Part shown: positions 54,373-64,000 of the stretch, one piece after another | How the letters are laid out: each line of letters opens with the position of its first letter | Numbering within the stretch: the stretch's first letter is position 1 | Assembly: GCA_963422645.2 (NCBI GenBank) | Contig: CAXXVO010000007.1 | Coordinates: 384,001-448,000, forward strand | Length of the DNA stretch: 64,000 nt | Reading direction: 5' to 3' | Source of the DNA: Alphaproteobacteria bacterium | Lineage (GTDB): Bacteria > Pseudomonadota > Alphaproteobacteria > UBA828 | Program-made: the position numbers and the translations under genes | The notes under the pieces: model-generated | Seen by the model: only the letters and a program-made list of their open reading frames with translations | Databases searched by the model: none | Told to the model about the DNA's origin: nothing

Positions 54373-56857
54373 CACGAGCCGCGCGGATTCCGAGGCCCCG
54401 TCGATGTCGTAGACTATGCGCAGACGGGTGCCGGGGAAGACCGTTTCGGTGGCGTTCAGGTCGCTCAGAACCGCATCGATCCAACGGTCGCAGGCGTCGT
54501 TTGCGAGGCCAAGAATGTGGACCCGCAGGAGGCCATTGCCAGGATCCGGCAGGATGTCGGCATCGGCGGTGAGCAGCGCTTGAAGCAGTTTCCGGGGATG
54601 GGGCTTGTGGCCCTGCGCCTGCATGACGGGAAGCATCATGCGGGTTTCGGCGCGGTAGGCGATCATCCGGATGACGTCGAGGAGGAGGCGCTCGCGCGCG
54701 GGCAAGGCATCGAGCTGCTCGGCTTCGTCGAGGTCGCCGGCCCGGCAGTGCTTGGGCGTCTCCCTGCGGCTGGCCCTGACGATGTCGCGGACATCCTGGA
54801 GGTCCCTGACTTCCCTCCTGAGTTCCGCCGTCGGCTGCTTCTTCCGGGCCGTGTCGGCGATGCGGTTGCGCAGGCGGCCAAGCTGGCGGTCGAGGCGATG
54901 GATTGCCTTGTCATAGGCCCGCCGCAGCGGGTTGACGACCATGGCGGCGGGATCGAGAGGCTCGAGCTCGTGGGTCGGCAGGGCGTCGAGATTGAACTCG
55001 TCACGCATGTACTTGAAGAAGTTCTCCTGCGACCAGCGCGAGAACATGGCGCCCGCAACCTCAGCCATCGGCTTGTGCGGATCGGTGGTGATCAGCGGCA
55101 CCTGACGGCCGTTGTCGAGCAGGCGGCGGATCTGGCGCACCCTGAAGCCGTTCGGCAACGTCACCGGCTTCTCAGCCAGCCGCATGGTGGCGCTGCCGTC
55201 CGCCGCCGGTCCGTGAATGGGAACGGTCATCGCGCCGAAGTCCTCGGCCGGCCAGTCCTCGCCCCTGAAGTTCTTGTGCCAGGTCAGGCAGGCGACGCCG
55301 CGCCTCGCCAGCCGGCGGAACAGATCCGGGCTCCAGCCCTCGCGGTCGAAGACCAGGGTGAGCGCCGGCTGGCCGGGATGCTCGGCGGTCAGGTCCGGCG
55401 CCCCGGCGCCAACGATCCCAAGCTCCTGCAGCGCCGGCACCACGTCGGCTTCGATGGCCGCGACCATCTTCGGGTCCAGCGGCTTGTGCAGACAGAGCAG
55501 CGGCTTGCCGCCCAGAGCGTTGATCCAGTAGCTGGCGCTCGCCGGCAGGCACAGCTTCTCGCGCGAGACGAAGTGCTTGGGCAAGCGCCCCTTGCGGCCG
55601 GAGTAGACCTTGACGTGCCCGTCGATGGCCAGCGTCGCCCAGAGCTCCGGCTCGTCGGCGCCTGCCAGCGCCTGGCAAGGGCGAGCTGCCACGCCCGCAC
55701 GCCGGCCTCGTCGTCGGCGATGAGAGCGATCTTGCGGCGCAGCGTCTTGACCTCGGGGCAGCGATCGAGGCCGAGAATGGCGCCCCATTCGCCCGGCGCC
55801 TGGTAGCGCAGGCTCTCGGGGTTGCGCACCCGCGCCAAGGTCATGAAGGCCAGGAAGAGCAGGATCGTAGGCAAGCCGTAATAGCCCTTCGGCAGCAATG
55901 GCAGGAGACCGGTCTCGGAGAGAAGACCTTCCTTCAGCAGGGCCGGCAGGGCGGCGAGCACGCCGCCGAAGCGGACACCGCGGGCGGCGGCGGCGAACTG
56001 CGGTTCGACCGGCCCCGCCTGTCCACAACTGGCCAGAACCCGAGCCGGAACATCGCAAGTCGCACGCCCCATCGGCGCCTGCCGGTCCCGCCGATCGCGC
56101 GCGCTGCGATCCGTTTGCGGCTGCGCTTCCAGCCCCGGCGCCGTCTCCGGCCCCGGGGCACCGGTACTCTCTTCATCGACACGGCCTTCAGGAGCCGCAC
56201 CCGCGTCAGGCGGCGCAGCCAGCGCTGAGCGTCCGGGCTCCCCATCCGCCTCCGTGTTGCCGATCAGTCCCTGACGGCGCCACTTGTTGACCGATGGCGC
56301 TGACACGCCGAGAACCCGGGCCGCCGCAGAGCCGCTCAGGCCCGATGCCAGCAACGCCGTCGCCTTCTCCGCCAACTCCGGAGTGAACACCGACGGCCCG
56401 CGACCGCGCCGGGGCTTCATGAACCCCGCTTCGCCCTCGGCCAGGTAGCGCCGTCGTGCGCGCTGCACCGTCGCGCGCGAGACAGCGAAAGCGTCAGCCA
56501 GTTCCTGCGGCGAGACCGCGCTGATCGCCGCGAGGCGGCCGATCCGCAAGAGCATGGCCGTGCGGTCATCGGCGGCGTGGCTGTCAAAGGGAATGAGGTT
56601 GGAAAAGTAGGTGAAGGTGTCGTCCGAGATCAGGACGGCGAAGCAGCTGTTGCCGATCGAGACCGCCTCTGGAGGGCACATTGGGAGGGTACTGGGCATG
56701 GTTGAGACCCCGTGCAATTGGTATCAAATTATACTATCAGACCTCGGGCGCGACACCCAGCGAAAAACCGCCTGAAACAACCGAAATGTATCAGAATTCA
56801 AGGAGTTCCCGGCACGCTGCCCAGAACAGCCAGCATCACGAGGTCAGGAAGTCTGAA
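54339..56857 (-). mobile_element. IS-like element with perfect 18-bp terminal inverted repeats
   Basis: TTCAGACTTCCTGACCTC (54339-54356) and GAGGTCAGGAAGTCTGAA (56840-56857). Confidence 0.85.
54340..56699 (-). pseudogene. Large putative transposase (HTH N-terminus, DDE-like core), frameshifted at ~55660
   Basis: Frame 1 MPSTLP...GEWGAILGLDRCPEVKTLRRK...RRWQ; frame 2 DEPELWATLAIDGHVKVY, FDREGWSP, RWSQENFFKYM...GQEV* with the stop inside the IR. Confidence 0.75.
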
Positions 56858-57166
56858 TCTATGGTCGAACCGAAAGTCGGAATTCCGGAAATGAGTGAAA
56901 CACTGACGAGGCTGAAATCAGCGTTCGACCTTGGCCTTTCCCGGTATGCACCTTCTATGAATCGCCCGTTGTCGTGGCCGGAAATTTTCTTTGTTCCCGC
57001 TCCGGGGGACGGCAATATATGACGATTTTCTGGCAGAATGGGCGGTCAACTCCCCTTAGTCGAAATGACCACTCTTGCCGCCGCTAGGCGTCGGGACGAT
57101 CTACAATGATGGTATCGATCAGCTGAGAAATTGGCTCTGTTGGCATACAGAAAAGCCCTTTGCCGT

Positions 57167-57270
57167 TCATCGCGTCAGCCTAGGCATTGCCGATATAGCG
57201 TTTGCCAGCTTTCCCCTCAGAAGATGACCGCCCTTGTACTCGACGACGAGAATGCGGCCATCTCTCTGCC
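57167..57270 (-). pseudogene. Possible remnant of a type III restriction (Res) subunit C-terminus
   Basis: DGRILVVEYKG, a PD-(D/E)xK-type motif; very short. Confidence 0.35.
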
Positions 57271-57321
57271 GTGCGCGGGATGGCGGGTGTCGGCATCCCG
57301 GTTGGGGTCTTCGGCCGGAAT

Positions 57322-57596
57322 CGGCGAGGTTCGAGGAACGAGGGGAAGTGGGAGCTCTTCCTGAGCTTCGGGATGCGAAGTTCGACGGTCCCCGCGCGGG
57401 TCTGCCGGTCCCGGTCGCGATAGCTGTCGCGCCGAGCCTGACGCAGCGGGTTCTTCTCGCCATAACCGGCGCCGGTAGCCGCGCCCACCTCCAGCTCCAT
57501 CAGCCGCTCGGCGGCAAACCCGATCATCTCTCGCAGCAGGTCCGCGTCCGGGGTCTTCTCCACGAACGTGCGCAGGCTCATCACATCTTCGGTCAC
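57322..57596 (-). pseudogene. IS256-family transposase N-terminal fragment
   Basis: EKTPDADLLREMIGFAAERLMELEV..TGA.YGE, TRAGTVELRIPKLRK.S.FP.FLEPRR. Confidence 0.85.
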
Positions 57597-58055
57597 CGGT
57601 GTTCTCTCCGGTCAAAGTTTGGTCTCGCAACCAGATCCTACCGGAGACCGCCGATGACCAACCCGCTCTCCAGGTACACGATCGCGCCTCTGACGCGACC
57701 CTATATTTCAAGATGCCGGCGATCCACCGTCTTTTCTGGGCACATAGGACGAACCGAACCCATCGCGCGCGGACCGGCGAAGGCCTCACTCGGAAAGCCG
57801 CGCGTCGCTCCCCGGAAACCGGTCTCCGATTAGGGATCGGGGGTGGTAAGTTCGTGGACGGTGGCAGGCTGGAAGCATTCGCATGCCGACATGCCGTCGT
57901 GGATCTGGCAGTTTCCAGGAGGGCAATTGCCGCATCTTCGCGTTGACCTCCAGGAGCGGGAGGGACATAATGTACTTCATTTGTTCTCCAGAATCCAGAT
58001 TGGGATTTCCCCGGAAGATAGCAGCAGGGGCTGCCCAAACGGATGGGCCCTTTGG

Positions 58056-58084
58056 TTGACCGACAATGTCGCTTATAACATGAT
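58056..58084 (+). promoter_or_regulatory. Putative sigma70 promoter with palindromic operator
   Basis: TTGACC (58056)-17 nt-CATGAT (58079); CGACA-A-TGTCG palindrome at 58061-58071; GGAGG RBS at 58095. Confidence 0.5.
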
Positions 58085-58107
58085 GGGCGAAATTGGAGGC
58101 AGTGGCG

Positions 58108-58323
58108 ATGAAGAATGTCGATTTTGCCTCGCTCGTGAGGCTCGTGCGCGAGACTCGGGGGCAAACACAGGAAGAGCTCGCTCATGAGCTTGATGTCACG
58201 GTTGGTACGATGAATGGCTGGGAGAATGGAAGGCACCGCCCTGTCAGAGCCCAGCGTCGCCGACTGATCGCACTAGCTGAAGGGATGGGGCTCGCCGTCC
58301 CTGAGGCGGATCGTGACTCCTAG
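58108..58323 (+). CDS. XRE/Cro-type HTH transcriptional regulator (controller-like)
   Basis: VRETRGQTQEELAHELDVTVGTMNGWENGRHRP. Confidence 0.88.
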   Translation: MKNVDFASLVRLVRETRGQTQEELAHELDVTVGTMNGWENGRHRPVRAQRRRLIALAEGMGLAVPEADRDS

Positions 58324-58388
58324 GCTAGGGGAGATGGGCCGGATGGTCGGGAGCGGGGTGTTGCTCTCAAAGACTGAGTCTTTCCAAA

Positions 58389-59768
58389 ATGGACGCGATT
58401 TCGCGGAGTGGGCCAGGGAGGCTGCCTGTGCGTCGCGATGATTCCCTAGTGGACATACATCTCCCCGTTGCGGAGGTCGCACCCACTTTCATCGATGTGT
58501 TTGCAGGGTGTGGTGGTCTCACACTCGGGCTCATGCGCGCCGGCTGGCGCGGGATTTTTGCCATAGAGAAGGATACCTTCGCGTTTGCCACGCTCGAAGC
58601 GAACTTCCTCCAGGCAACTGCACGTCATCAATTCGAATGGCCCGAATGGTTGCCGAAGAAGACCTGTGATATACGCGTGCTGCTTGAGACGCACGCTGAT
58701 GAACTAAGGAATCTGCGAGGTTCTGTAGATCTCTTGGCCGGAGGTCCACCGTGTCAAGGTTTTTCATCTGCTGGGCGCCGAAAGCCCCATGATCCCCGAA
58801 ACCAACTTTTCCGCGATTATGTCGCCCTCGTTGAACTCGTTCAGCCGCGACTGATCCTCCTCGAGAACGTAGAGGGTATCACATTCGCCTTCGGCGAGGA
58901 AGTAGTTCATGGAAGGATTACGAGACCAGGTTTGTGTGATAAACGCGAATCATACGCAGACTCTATTATAAGAACACTTGCGGCGAAGTATCACGTTTTC
59001 AGCTCAATTATCCGGTGCTCTGATTATGGAATTCCACAGAGCCGCCCAAGATTCATTCTTATAGGATACTCGAAAGAATGCTTCGATGAGGCAGATGTAG
59101 CCCAGCCGTTCGAACAAATCGAGTCGTGTCGTGCAGGTTTCCTTGCAGCGAGGGGATTAAAGTGTCGTACGACGGCAAAGCAAGCGCTTTCGGACTTGGC
59201 AATCAGACGAAATGGCCTCATAGATGGCGACGGGACGCCGCGCTTCAAGTCAATCGGTTATAGAGGACCGCTGTCTGCCTATCAAAAAGCAATGCGTGAT
59301 GGGTATACCGGAATACCGTCTGACACGCGCCTAGCGCGTCATCAACCGAACATTGTACGACGCTTTGCGCGCATCATTGCCGCAATGAAGAAGCGAAACC
59401 GGCTCGGCATCCAACTAAACGCAGAGCAACGGAAGGAATTCGGCGTGGCAAAGTCAACGCTGCGTGTGTTGAACCCGGAAGCTCCAGCACCAACGATCAC
59501 AAGTTTGCCCGACGACCTTCTTCACTATGAGGAACCTCGGACACTAACTGTCCGGGAGAATGCGCGTCTACAGACCTTCCCTGACTGGTTCGTGTTCAAG
59601 GGAAAGTACACGACGGGCGGCAACTTGCGCGCGCGCGAGGTGCCGAGATTTACGCAAGTGGCAAACGCTGTACCACCATTGCTAGCCGAGCTGTTAGGAA
59701 CGATACTCAGTAGAGCGATCACTCCGTGCAAGGATCGGGCCAAGGCGCAAAGAAGCGAGGCAGCGTAA
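58389..59768 (+). CDS. DNA (cytosine-5)-methyltransferase
   Basis: FAGCGG (I), GGPPCQGFS (IV), LENV (VI), YGIPQSRPR (VIII), RTLTVRENARLQTFPD (IX), QVANAVPP (X). Confidence 0.95.
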   Translation: MDAISRSGPGRLPVRRDDSLVDIHLPVAEVAPTFIDVFAGCGGLTLGLMRAGWRGIFAIEKDTFAFATLEANFLQATARHQFEWPEWLPKKTCDIRVLLETHADELRNLRGSVDLLAGGPPCQGFSSAGRRKPHDPRNQLFRDYVALVELVQPRLILLENVEGITFAFGEEVVHGRITRPGLCDKRESYADSIIRTLAAKYHVFSSIIRCSDYGIPQSRPRFILIGYSKECFDEADVAQPFEQIESCRAGFLAARGLKCRTTAKQALSDLAIRRNGLIDGDGTPRFKSIGYRGPLSAYQKAMRDGYTGIPSDTRLARHQPNIVRRFARIIAAMKKRNRLGIQLNAEQRKEFGVAKSTLRVLNPEAPAPTITSLPDDLLHYEEPRTLTVRENARLQTFPDWFVFKGKYTTGGNLRAREVPRFTQVANAVPPLLAELLGTILSRAITPCKDRAKAQRSEAA

Positions 59769-59769
59769 C

Positions 59770-62031
59770 GTGGCCTACTATACTAACCCGATAATAGATT
59801 ATTTGCTTCGGCACTCTTATGGACAGGGCGGTACGGTGGCGGTACCGACTCGGGAAGCTGCCACGCCTGTGGCATCATCGGTACGCGTGAAGGGCGGGTT
59901 ACCAGCAGGTGTTCAGGACGTGCTCAATCGGCTCGTTGACGTCTACGCGGCGTGGACACCGTCCGCGAATAGCGTGCCGCTAGAGTGGTGTTTCCTGGTC
60001 GGAGGTCCCGGAAACGGAAAGTCCGAGGCGTTGCGCGAGCTTGCAGGTGCCTTGCAGGTCGAGCTGCCACTGCGAGTTGGTGGTGAGCCCGCGCCGAGGA
60101 CCGTCCCCCAAAGTTGGCCAAGCCAAGGCGCATTCGTTGTTCCAGGGCTGGAGATCGCGTTCGTCAACGACGCATCGGTTCCGCGGCAGGATGCGTATGG
60201 TAATCGCCGCACCGGATCACTGTTTCTCGATCTCCGCGATGGGGTTCGCCAACTGCTCAGAGACGGCCCTGCGGTCGTGATGTTCGCTAATGTAAACCGC
60301 GGGATCCTCGTCGAAGAGCGTAGGGCTCTTGATAATCCAAGGACAGAGGAGCCGCCAACAGCGGCGGCGGCCGCAATCATTCAATGGCTCGCAGATCCGC
60401 GCTCACATCAGGGTGGCTCGCGCATTGGAGTGCAGGTGACCGTTCCTGTAACCTCGACCTCCCCATACTACGGGCAGCTAACGGTCAAACTGACGGATCA
60501 TGGAGCTCCGCACGACATTGTCGTGCACGCGGTTTTTCTCGACACGCTCTCACTGCTTGAACCAACTCCCGGGCGTGATAGTCGTGAATCAATAGATTTC
60601 TCTACGCTCCCCCCGAAGTCCGCGCACTACGAGCCACTTGGCGGCCTGGCCGAAGGCCCGTTGTCGAGATCGTGTACAATCGCAGGTGACGTAACAGGCC
60701 AAGTCGCGGACAAGGCGCACTGGGAAGTCGGAGGGTGTCGCGCCGAGGGAACCGCGTCAATTTGTGAAGCGCACGCGTCCTGTCCGTTCGCGCAGAACGC
60801 TCGCTGGCTCCATGATCGGCAGCTACGCGAGCGGTTTCTCGATACACTCAGGGCAGCGGAACTGGCCGGTGGGCGCCGATTGACGTACCGAGACCTGCTC
60901 GGGCACCTCGGACTGGCTGTTATTGGTACACCGGAGCGTAGTTGGCTCACGGACGAGCACCCTTGTCGATGGGTTGAGCGCACGGTTCGCGAGGCGCGCG
61001 ACGGGAATGCACAGAGCTTGGCGGAACTCGCGAGCCACCGAATCTACGCGAACCTTTTCCCCGTCACGGACACTGCTGCCTGGCCAAGAAGAAGGGCACT
61101 GGCAGAGCCGCGCGCATATCGCGTGGTCGCGTCGACTATGCGGGCCGTTCATGACGCACCTCGTGTACGAGCATTTGAGCAAGCATTTAACTTAATTGAT
61201 CCGGCACGAGACACGGATTCATGGGGTGGATTGCGAGCGACGATCTTGGACATGGTGGAAGCCATGAATGTGTCGCCACCTGCTTCGGAAATCAGGACCA
61301 TCGATGGTTGGAACGATGAAGCGAGCTGTGAAATCGAACGGCAACTCGATGCGGTGGTTGCAGGAGAGATAATGGGAGAGTTCGGGCGCGGCCGCGAAGC
61401 ATTGGCGCGCGCGCAGCTGCTCCGTAAATGGCGAGCAGTGTTGCTACTGCGTCAGGCTGGCCTCGCCCTTGGATGGCTGCCCTACAAGGGCGTCATACAG
61501 AGCTGGCTGGCCGAGCATCAAGCGGCGTTGGGAAAGAGGGCACCTGGCGCGCTCCGTCGCGGTCTAAATTTCCTTGTCTTTCCCGGAGGGGACGAGCTGA
61601 ATCTTGCACCGTTTCGCCCCCGCACCATGGAGCTTGGCAGCGTCTTGCCTTCGAGCTGTGTGGTGGTTTCGCTTCTTGAGCGAGACATTCGACTTGAAAT
61701 TGTAGCCGACGGCGACACGCTGTCAGCAGAACTGCGATTGACGACTGCCCAAGGGGGTGCTGCAGAAGTGGTTACCCGGCTCCCGATCGATCTGCGGGTA
61801 GCTCGCGAGGCACTGCTCAACGTCGACGGCCCGTCCGGGTCATTCACGGAGATCGGTGAGGCAGCATTTGCGCGAATTGAACGGGCGCGTGCTGTGCTTG
61901 TCAGCGAGCGCTATTTAGCTAGCGCGAGACTGCTGTTCTCAGACACTGCGGGGCAGGAGTGGGAGATCACGCCTCAGACGATGGGTTCGTCTGAGTTTCG
62001 AATCCGACGAGATATCGGCGGATTGCGATGA
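59770..62031 (+). CDS. P-loop ATPase, DptF/DndF-like
   Basis: GGPGNGKS Walker A, FVNDAS, ANVNRGIL, C..CPF.QN Cys cluster, TYRDLL; motif order recalls DptF (homology inferred). Confidence 0.6.
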   Translation: MAYYTNPIIDYLLRHSYGQGGTVAVPTREAATPVASSVRVKGGLPAGVQDVLNRLVDVYAAWTPSANSVPLEWCFLVGGPGNGKSEALRELAGALQVELPLRVGGEPAPRTVPQSWPSQGAFVVPGLEIAFVNDASVPRQDAYGNRRTGSLFLDLRDGVRQLLRDGPAVVMFANVNRGILVEERRALDNPRTEEPPTAAAAAIIQWLADPRSHQGGSRIGVQVTVPVTSTSPYYGQLTVKLTDHGAPHDIVVHAVFLDTLSLLEPTPGRDSRESIDFSTLPPKSAHYEPLGGLAEGPLSRSCTIAGDVTGQVADKAHWEVGGCRAEGTASICEAHASCPFAQNARWLHDRQLRERFLDTLRAAELAGGRRLTYRDLLGHLGLAVIGTPERSWLTDEHPCRWVERTVREARDGNAQSLAELASHRIYANLFPVTDTAAWPRRRALAEPRAYRVVASTMRAVHDAPRVRAFEQAFNLIDPARDTDSWGGLRATILDMVEAMNVSPPASEIRTIDGWNDEASCEIERQLDAVVAGEIMGEFGRGREALARAQLLRKWRAVLLLRQAGLALGWLPYKGVIQSWLAEHQAALGKRAPGALRRGLNFLVFPGGDELNLAPFRPRTMELGSVLPSSCVVVSLLERDIRLEIVADGDTLSAELRLTTAQGGAAEVVTRLPIDLRVAREALLNVDGPSGSFTEIGEAAFARIERARAVLVSERYLASARLLFSDTAGQEWEITPQTMGSSEFRIRRDIGGLR

Positions 62032-63569
62032 CAGGAAGTTGGCTAGTAAACTGCCTGCTCCCATTGCCGCGGCCAGAATATGCAAAGCAGACCGAAGCGC
62101 TGCTGACAGACCTGCTCTGGCGGTCTCGTGGCTCAAGCCTCGGTGGAAATACCGGGAACGGGGGATACTTCGAGGACCTTGCACGTATTAGGCACGGGAC
62201 GAAATCCCAGGACAAGCGCAGGCTCGTAGCGCGAAAGACGCAGGGGGGCTCCCCAAAGACATTGGAGACCTACCCTATTGCGCTAGAGACTTCGTTGGGC
62301 GAGTTGATTGATGGAGTGCCGCCCAGCCTAAACCCAATATCCGTAATTCTTGAATCCATTCTGGCGCCGCGGGCAAGGGGTGACAAGTCGCTCGCGTGCG
62401 CACCGATCACGCCTGATGTTGTGACCCTACAAACTCTACACGGCATGGTAAACAAGGACAGTCCGGCAAATCAGGCGCGCGCAATCGAGGCGGTCGGGTG
62501 GCTGGGAGGCTCGCCGGGAGAGGGCTACGTTGCTTCGGTCTTTCTGATCTCTCTCGTTGCTGAGCATTCCGGCGGCGCCTTGCACCGATTGATAACCGAT
62601 GCGCTCCGAACCATGGCTCAACATGTCTGGAGCGAGCTCGGCACAGGAGTTGAAGACTGGCGTGCCTGGCCGGCGGTGGGTCCTGTCGCGCTAGGGGATA
62701 GCCGGCCTCACGTGTTGGCCTCAGCTCGTTTTACCCCATTCAGATGGTTCTGGACTAAGTGGGCCACTCTTTGCGACCCCACGAGTGAATGGCGGGAGGC
62801 GCTTCCGGCCCGGCGTTTTACCGACTGGTCGCTCTGCCTGCTCCGGACCGCTCTGGCTTTCGCGTATCTTTGGGAAGCCGAGTTCTTCCGCCTCCTTCAT
62901 AGAGCTATCGTCGAAACGCGAGACGAGACGAGCCAAGCGGAGACTTCAGTCCTTGCGGTCACAAGTTTCATACAAAATGGAGAACGCCTAGCATCAATCG
63001 AACCCGTCGAAGTGCCTCCGTCCGAAAAGAATTCGTGGCCGGCACTGGAAGCTCTCTTGATGCAAGGCTACATGGCGCGAGAGGCAATTGAGAACGTGCT
63101 TGAGGAGCACCCGCTCCATCTCGATCTTTCGAACATTGAACCATGCAACTTAACCAATAGCATCGCCACTTGGATTACGGACTTTTCTCGTCTTGGTGGC
63201 AGAGCCCTGGAAGCGCGCTTGGAACCCGAGAGTAACACAGCGAAAAACACCCGAGAGTTCGTCCGATATCTGCTGGTCCCCAGGGTCTCAGACGATGACA
63301 CCGCAGATCAGGCGGACTTCTATTATCTCGCGCGCAGTAACCAGAAAAATTCTTGGTTTGAGCCAGGCCCGGAATGGCTGGCCGTCGTTTGTAGCCTTCT
63401 TTCGGGCCGGCCACGCGGACACTGCACTCTCGGCGAACTAGTGGATGATCTGGCGTCTCTCGGCATCCGCAATGAGCGGTCTGTCCTGGTAAATATGCTG
63501 GAAGAGGCGGGGCTGAGTACGGATAGTCCCGACGCCGACAACGCGCTTGTCATTCGATCGGCATTCTAG
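62028..63569 (+). CDS. Hypothetical protein, DptG/DndG-like
   Basis: ATGA overlap with the upstream ATPase; C-terminal winged-helix-like end TLGELVDDLASLGI...LEEAGLSTDSPDADNALVI. Confidence 0.5.
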   Translation: MTGSWLVNCLLPLPRPEYAKQTEALLTDLLWRSRGSSLGGNTGNGGYFEDLARIRHGTKSQDKRRLVARKTQGGSPKTLETYPIALETSLGELIDGVPPSLNPISVILESILAPRARGDKSLACAPITPDVVTLQTLHGMVNKDSPANQARAIEAVGWLGGSPGEGYVASVFLISLVAEHSGGALHRLITDALRTMAQHVWSELGTGVEDWRAWPAVGPVALGDSRPHVLASARFTPFRWFWTKWATLCDPTSEWREALPARRFTDWSLCLLRTALAFAYLWEAEFFRLLHRAIVETRDETSQAETSVLAVTSFIQNGERLASIEPVEVPPSEKNSWPALEALLMQGYMAREAIENVLEEHPLHLDLSNIEPCNLTNSIATWITDFSRLGGRALEARLEPESNTAKNTREFVRYLLVPRVSDDDTADQADFYYLARSNQKNSWFEPGPEWLAVVCSLLSGRPRGHCTLGELVDDLASLGIRNERSVLVNMLEEAGLSTDSPDADNALVIRSAF

Positions 63570-63586
63570 GATGGGGTTCCGCGAGA

Positions 63587-64000
63587 ATGAGATCGAATAG
63601 CATGGGATTCCTTGGACGAGCGATCGCAGCGCATCTTTCGAACCTCAAGGGACTGTACTCGGTTGAGCTACCGCTTTCCTTAGAGAAAGAGATGCTCGAC
63701 CTTGTTGCCGCGTGCAATTCGGTTGAGAGTACGCGGGCAGTCTTGGTCGGCGAGCGCGCGAACCTACCGGGCAATATCGTGCAAGTAAGTTGGCCCGACC
63801 TGCTCGGATGGCGGACGGCTGATGATCGAGTGTTCGTCTGGAGGCGGGGCGAGCGCGACCCGGATACGTCGTTCCGAGACGTAGTGCGTCCATTCATATC
63901 TGCTCGGTTTCCGGGAACTGGTGGAGGGGAATGCTCTAGCGACTTGCTCGCGAACCTCTGTGTAGACGAGCTGTGGCGGAGTCTCTCGCTTCCACTTGGC
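63587..64000 (+). CDS. Hypothetical protein, N-terminus only (predicted DptH-like partner)
   Basis: Frame from ATG 63587 (MRSNSMGFLGRAIAAHL...VDELWRSLSLPLG) is open to the window end; absent from the ORF track because it has no stop. Confidence 0.55.
   Translation, partial: MRSNSMGFLGRAIAAHLSNLKGLYSVELPLSLEKEMLDLVAACNSVESTRAVLVGERANLPGNIVQVSWPDLLGWRTADDRVFVWRRGERDPDTSFRDVVRPFISARFPGTGGGECSSDLLANLCVDELWRSLSLPLG

Noticed and set aside
58389-63569. Ordinary type II R-M, DISARM or BREX
   Set aside because: No recognisable REase, DrmA/B helicase, PLD, PglZ or BrxC motifs in the visible genes; cannot be fully excluded beyond the window

Overview
High-GC, alphaproteobacterial-looking window with four blocks. 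(1) 1-26.5 kb, metabolic backbone: end of kdsA, class IV aminotransferase, denD-like dehydrogenase, D-threonine-aldolase-like enzyme, two orphan ABC ATPases, vapBC, a complete clade I nosRZDFYLX operon behind an FNR-type box, and a GcvT/hydrolase/PhyH catabolic run. (2) 26.5-45.6 kb, a heavily nested mobile island: two tyrosine integrases (one cut), two near-identical 2551-bp IS21 copies plus a third orphan end, a DDE-transposase/ExeA/AAA_25/Toprim four-gene element, IS110, a long IS66, a serine-recombinase remnant, and an AbiE-type TA pair with an interrupted toxin. (3) 45.6-54.4 kb: aprMBA, a MauG-like di-haem protein and a four-subunit molybdenum hydroxylase. (4) 54.3-64 kb: an IR-bounded frameshifted transposon, IS256 and restriction-enzyme remnants, then a more AT-rich operon that runs off the window. 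That operon encodes an XRE regulator, a C5-cytosine DNA methyltransferase, a P-loop ATPase resembling DptF/DndF, a protein resembling DptG, and the start of a third gene. It is the best candidate for an undescribed system: a DndFGH-like restriction module apparently guarded by 5mC methylation instead of phosphorothioation. No tRNA, rRNA or CRISPR array was seen. All family assignments are from motif recognition by eye; no searches were run.
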